Assembly (NCBI GenBank): GCA_964016885.1
Contig: OZ024743.1
Span: 107,508,001 to 107,572,000, forward strand
Reading direction: 5' to 3'
DNA from: Eledone cirrhosa
Taxonomy: Eukaryota
DNA: 64,000 nt
Positions 59,046-64,000 of this stretch are shown in pieces. Every line of letters starts with the position of its first letter. The first letter of the stretch is position 1. The notes beneath the pieces were generated by a model. The model saw only the letters and a program-made list of their open reading frames with translations. It made no database searches and was not told the origin of the DNA. Made by a program: the position numbers and the translations under genes.

Positions 59046-59722
59046 GTATAATAAACAATACAATATAATTACCTCATTACCAGAGGTTTCCCGAATAAGA
59101 TGAATACGAAAAACGTCCTCATTCGTTCGTCGGACAAGGCAATTTAAAACATAGTGAAGTATTTGAAAAGTCTCCTCAAGAAATGCAAGGGTTTAACGGG
59201 CAAAAAATATATAAATAAAAGTAATGCAAGAGATATATAAAACAATAAGGAAATATAGTTATGGTATGTGTATATGTATGTATATACACTTACAAATGTA
59301 CATATGTGTGTATGTACAAATGCATGTGTATGGTGAAAATGTGTGCGTAAGTACATATTTGAGGGCAAGTATATTTGTGTATATGTGACCACAAATACGT
59401 ATATAATATGAGTTGAAAAAAAAAAAATTGTATTATAATATAATTAACACGCATCCAGATATAGGTATTAAATATACATACGAGTATGAAAGCACGCGTA
59501 TAAACACACACACACACGCGCGGTCACTTATATGCGGAAGATAAAGAGGGAAGGGAGTGTAATAGTAAAAAGAAGTGTCATTCTCGATATATGTATAAAA
59601 ATGAAACAATATATGAGAATGAAAAAATGTTTTAAATCAAAGAGAAAGTAATCAATTAACACTAGAGAAAAGAAAACAAACATAGGTACGCACGTACACA
59701 CACATATATATATATAAAAAAA

Positions 59723-59759
<37 letters not shown>

Positions 59760-60053
59760 AACATATGAAGAATATTGTTTCTTTGTTTCAGTTTGTATTT
59801 CAATTTTTAAAAAATCAAATGGGAAAGGAGTTTCCATTGTAACGTCAATACAACTGTACATGTTTAATCTAGCTAGATAATGTCAATGGAGTTACTATAA
59901 ACTAGCATGTGTTGATTAAGGTGTCGGTAGATTTAATCTACGTAATCGTGATCATCTAACCGACTACATTCTTTTTGCCATACATATCCAACAACTGCCT
60001 GACTACCCCTCTCTCTCACTGTCTCTCAGTCCCTCCCTCGCTCTCCGGTTCTC

Positions 60054-60216
<163 letters not shown>

Positions 60217-62004
60217 TGAAACAATATATATAAGGTCAACAGTACAAAAATAGTTTTATTTACACTTTTAACAATTGTTTCATTGATTAAGTTGTCTAAA
60301 AATTGTTAATCACTTGAAGTTGTCCCAGTCAATTTTAAATACAATATATGCTTAACCAAATTACCTGAGATTAAACTGCATAGGAGTTCCCGAGTACTCA
60401 CAAACTCGCTACCTAGGAAACCTCTTGAGGAAACCTCTTGAGTCAAACAACGCTGTACGCTAAAACTATCCACAATATGGAGTATTCACAACCTCTAACT
60501 GGATTGCCTATAACGATAATTTGTTAATCAAACAATCTATCTATCTATCTTTTAAAATTTAGTTTATTTTAATTCATTAATGTTAAAGTTTACACAAATG
60601 TTATGTAAAACACCCACCGTCACGGCTTGTAATGTCCCATTTCTGGTACGCCCTTGTGTCAAAGAAATATAAAGAAATATATCTAACTATCTATCAACCT
60701 ATCCATGCATCTATCTAGCAAATTAACTAGCTAGCTAGTCAATGCTCTCACCTTTACTTTTCTCAATATTATGTCACATCTGGTCAGATTCTTCATATTG
60801 CCAGCCATGTTATCTTGCTTCTAGGCAATATCTTGGTTTTAATTACTGGAACATCACTTACGACATATAATCCAATTGTTGCGTCCGAGAATAATGGATC
60901 TTATCGGATCAGCTTCAGCATCAAAACAACTTTAGAATGTTCTCATCTCTCACCAGGTTTGATGATTCTAAATCAATCGATAGTTCTTTGTATTCCCGTT
61001 TTAATAATAATAATATTAAAAATAATAACAATAATAACAATGGCGATGATGATCATCATGATCATACTGATATTGTTGATGATGATGATGATGATGAATA
61101 TCAAGAGGTTTATAATGATGATGGTGATATGCTTCTGTTGACATTAATCTTCAAAACAATATTGGATCTCTTAGTTGTCTGTATAATTAATTTATTCCGA
61201 GCTCACTCATCATCACTTGTAATATTAGCCGAGCAAAATAACTTCCATCACAATAAGACTACAGGATTATCTTAAAATACTGTCACGTGTACCTATTAAT
61301 ACCTTAATCTACGCTTTGTCGTTTTTTTGTGTTTACTTTTTATTTTCTTTCATTACTTTATGTTTTTCTTGTAATCTACATCTTTAGTCGTTTGAGAATC
61401 AGTCATATTCTCCGGAATGTGACACCTGAGTTTCGAGTTCAAATGAATTTGAAATTATAAAAATGGAACGTTTAATAAGCACGTGAGAAATAGAAATTTC
61501 ATAATTTGTGTTTATTATTAAGCAAAGAACCACAACACGTGGATATCGATTATCACTCTAAAATAGCTGTGAATAGTCGGCATTATAAATCGTTGAGGTG
61601 GAAAATATGCATAAATACCTGTGGGACTCGAACTCACGTATGCACCCGATTTATTGCCAACTATTTTATAGTGATAATCTATGTTCCATGGTTCTTTGAA
61701 ATGTTTAAGCGTATGTTCAGAAAAGATGCTAAATTTTGTTCCATTATCTTCAAAATGTAATTGAGTGTAGTAACCTTTAAAATTATATGTAGGTCGAGAT
61801 TAATGAGAAAACCGTTTTAATATCGATTCTGTAAAAAAAGAAGCAGCCGGTTATAAGATCAGCATTTTATATGACCTGTTTCTAATTACTTACTCGGAGA
61901 GTAATGTTCATAAACCTATTAAGACTTCGAGACAGGCCGCGGGAGATTTCCTCATAGCAGAGAGTCGGCCGGATTATTTTTAGTGGAGTGGACTCGGGTA
62001 AAAT

Positions 62005-62715
62005 CATCTACTCTTTACATTCTAATGTCAAATCCTGCTGAGGTCAACTTAGACATTCATCATATCAAGGTAAATAAAATATAATACACATTAAACACCT
62101 CATAGATATAACAGTCCCTCACCCACGCCAAATTAGAAATCATTATTGGTTTCAAAACGGCCCTTGCCATTCTGAGTTCAAATCCCGCCGAGGGTAAATT
62201 TGCCTTTCATCCTTACGGGGTCGATAAAATAAAGTACCATAATGTACTGGGTAATTGCGGCCTTGTGCCTAAAATAGAAACAATTATTGGTTTCAATTTT
62301 AGGCACAAGGTCAATAATTTTGGGGGAGAGGAAAGTCGATTAAATCGACCTCAGTGCATTAATTGTACTTTATTTTATCGACCCCGTAAGAATGAAAGGC
62401 AAATTTAACCTCGGCAGGATTTGATCTCAGATCGTGAAGGGCTATAAAGCATGTTGTCCGATGCTCTACCGATACTTCCAATCTAAAATTAGAAAACATT
62501 TTTTGAAATATATAAAATAGTTGTGGATTGGTAGTGTCGGTAGAACGTCGGCTATGTTTTGCGGCATATAGTTAGGTTCTGAGTTCAAATCCCGCCCAGG
62601 TTAATTTTGCTTTTTAACATTATGGGGTCGATAAAACAAAGTACCAGTAACTCATTGGATTGATTTAATCGAATTAATACAAATTACTGGGCGTGTGTCT
62701 GAATCAGAAACCATT
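62005..62715. mobile_element. SINE cluster (plus at ~62005, ~62168, ~62520; minus at ~62295-62485)
   Basis: Same SINE body as elsewhere in the window; 62168-62290 and 62295-62485 are in opposite orientation. Confidence 0.85.
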
Positions 62716-63496
62716 GATAAAATATGTAACACTTAAATCTGTCAGTCGACTTAGTTATAGTTAAGTATCAAATTAATATATCACAATATTTGAGAAACTC
62801 GGTACTTTAATCCAGTTTTCTACATCCACATAGCTCTGAGCACGTTTAAGCTGAGTCCCTTCTGTTACTGACATTCAGAATAGCTCTTCAGTTGGATAAT
62901 TAATATGCTACTTCCTACTGCAGCAATTCACGAGTCATCTTCACTTCCTCCGTTATACCATAGAGACCATGCATACATCAAGGATAAATCTCCATCGTTT
63001 CTGTCTAACTGATTAATACACAAATATCTAACAATGCTAAGCTCATTTTTTTAGCTACGGTTTATATGATAGAAATATGATCCCGACTAGCATGACCTGT
63101 TCTAAACAGCATATATAAAGATTATATCTTTGTTTGTATCTGCACCATACAATACGATATCAAACACGGACTACCGTTAAAATAAAGAGTAAAAGAAGAA
63201 GATATTGTTTTAGTATTCTGTTATATATTCTTAAATCACATTTAGCTTCCCCAAAGTTGTAAATTAAATTTACGATGCGCCACAGAATGCAGTAAAGCCT
63301 GTGATCTGAAGTACGTCTCATTACAATATGGACATTACTTATGTTTTAAGAACATTGTATTCAACTTTCGAAATATATTAACAATAGCAGACAATTCGTT
63401 TCCAAATAGGATTATTATACATGAATCCTAATACATTTTGTCTTAGCACTCGCTAGAAAACTCTGAACGTAAGCACCATCAACTACATAAACGTGA

Positions 63497-63700
63497 AGGC
63501 ACATTGGTTAGTGGATAGGGTTTACGGCTTACAACCATAAGGTTATGAGTTCGATTCCCAGCGATACATTGTATCCTTCAGTTATTTTAGTCCACCCAGC
63601 TGGCAAAAATGAGTTACACCTTATAATCAAAGAGCGAGGCTTGTCACAGTCTGTCACGCTGAATTGTCACAGTCTGTCATGCCAATAATTACGTTAAGAT
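63497..63700 (+). mobile_element. tRNA-derived SINE (CORE-like family), decayed
   Basis: A box tggttagtgg, B box gagttcgattcc, and gtccacccagctggcaaaaatgagt. Confidence 0.6.
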
Positions 63701-63727
63701 TATATATTTATTAGTAATTTCATTGAC

Positions 63728-64000
63728 ATGGGAATCCCCCCTTCGGAAGCCCTCCCTCCTGGCTCAGAAGCACCATGGGTCCAGTGGAAGACACTCAACC
63801 GCCTGAGAACAGGAATGGGGCGATCAAAAGCTACTATGGCCAGATGGGGCTACACGACCGGCCAACCATCTGCGAATGCAGAGAGGAGGACCATACGATG
63901 CAGCACTGCCTTGTTTGCCCTCTACTACCCAACCAGTGCAGCTTAAAAGATCTCGCAGATATTAATAATAATGCAAAGGACTGTGTAAAGAAATGGGAAA
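63728..64000 (+). mobile_element. Non-LTR retrotransposon C-terminal zinc-finger fragment (I/Ingi-Vingi-like or RTE-X; clade uncertain)
   Basis: PPGSEAPWVQWKTLNRLRTGMGRSKATMARWG, then in a shifted frame ICEC...HTMQHCLVCPL. Confidence 0.7.

Noticed and set aside
60815-61275. Low-complexity ORFs (N/D- or H-rich) as a host gene exon
   Set aside because: Explained by (AAT)n/(GAT)n repeats; no domain recognised.

Overview
AT-rich, repeat-dominated eukaryotic DNA with no convincing host protein-coding gene; most long ORFs in the track are translations of (TA)n/(TG)n/(TAG)n microsatellites. The SINE and microsatellite content suggests an octopus/cephalopod genome (inference). Decayed transposons include a near full-length DD37D (maT-type) Tc1/mariner element, several L1/Tx1-like LINEs in (ATT)n tracts, R4/Dong-, CR1- and RTE-like LINE remnants, a Gypsy remnant, a non-autonomous Helitron and many tRNA-derived SINEs. 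The standout is a ~4 kb array (34161-38120) of about 12.8 nearly identical 310-bp units. Each unit carries a minimal type I hammerhead ribozyme (HHR) and further hairpins, so the array is a candidate retrozyme/circular-RNA-producing locus. At least eight other dissimilar short elements in (TA)n tracts carry intact or decayed HHR cores, often as fold-back or tandem-plus-inverted copies, which points to a diverse set of Penelope-like-mobilised ribozyme elements. All structures were read by eye; none was computed or tested.
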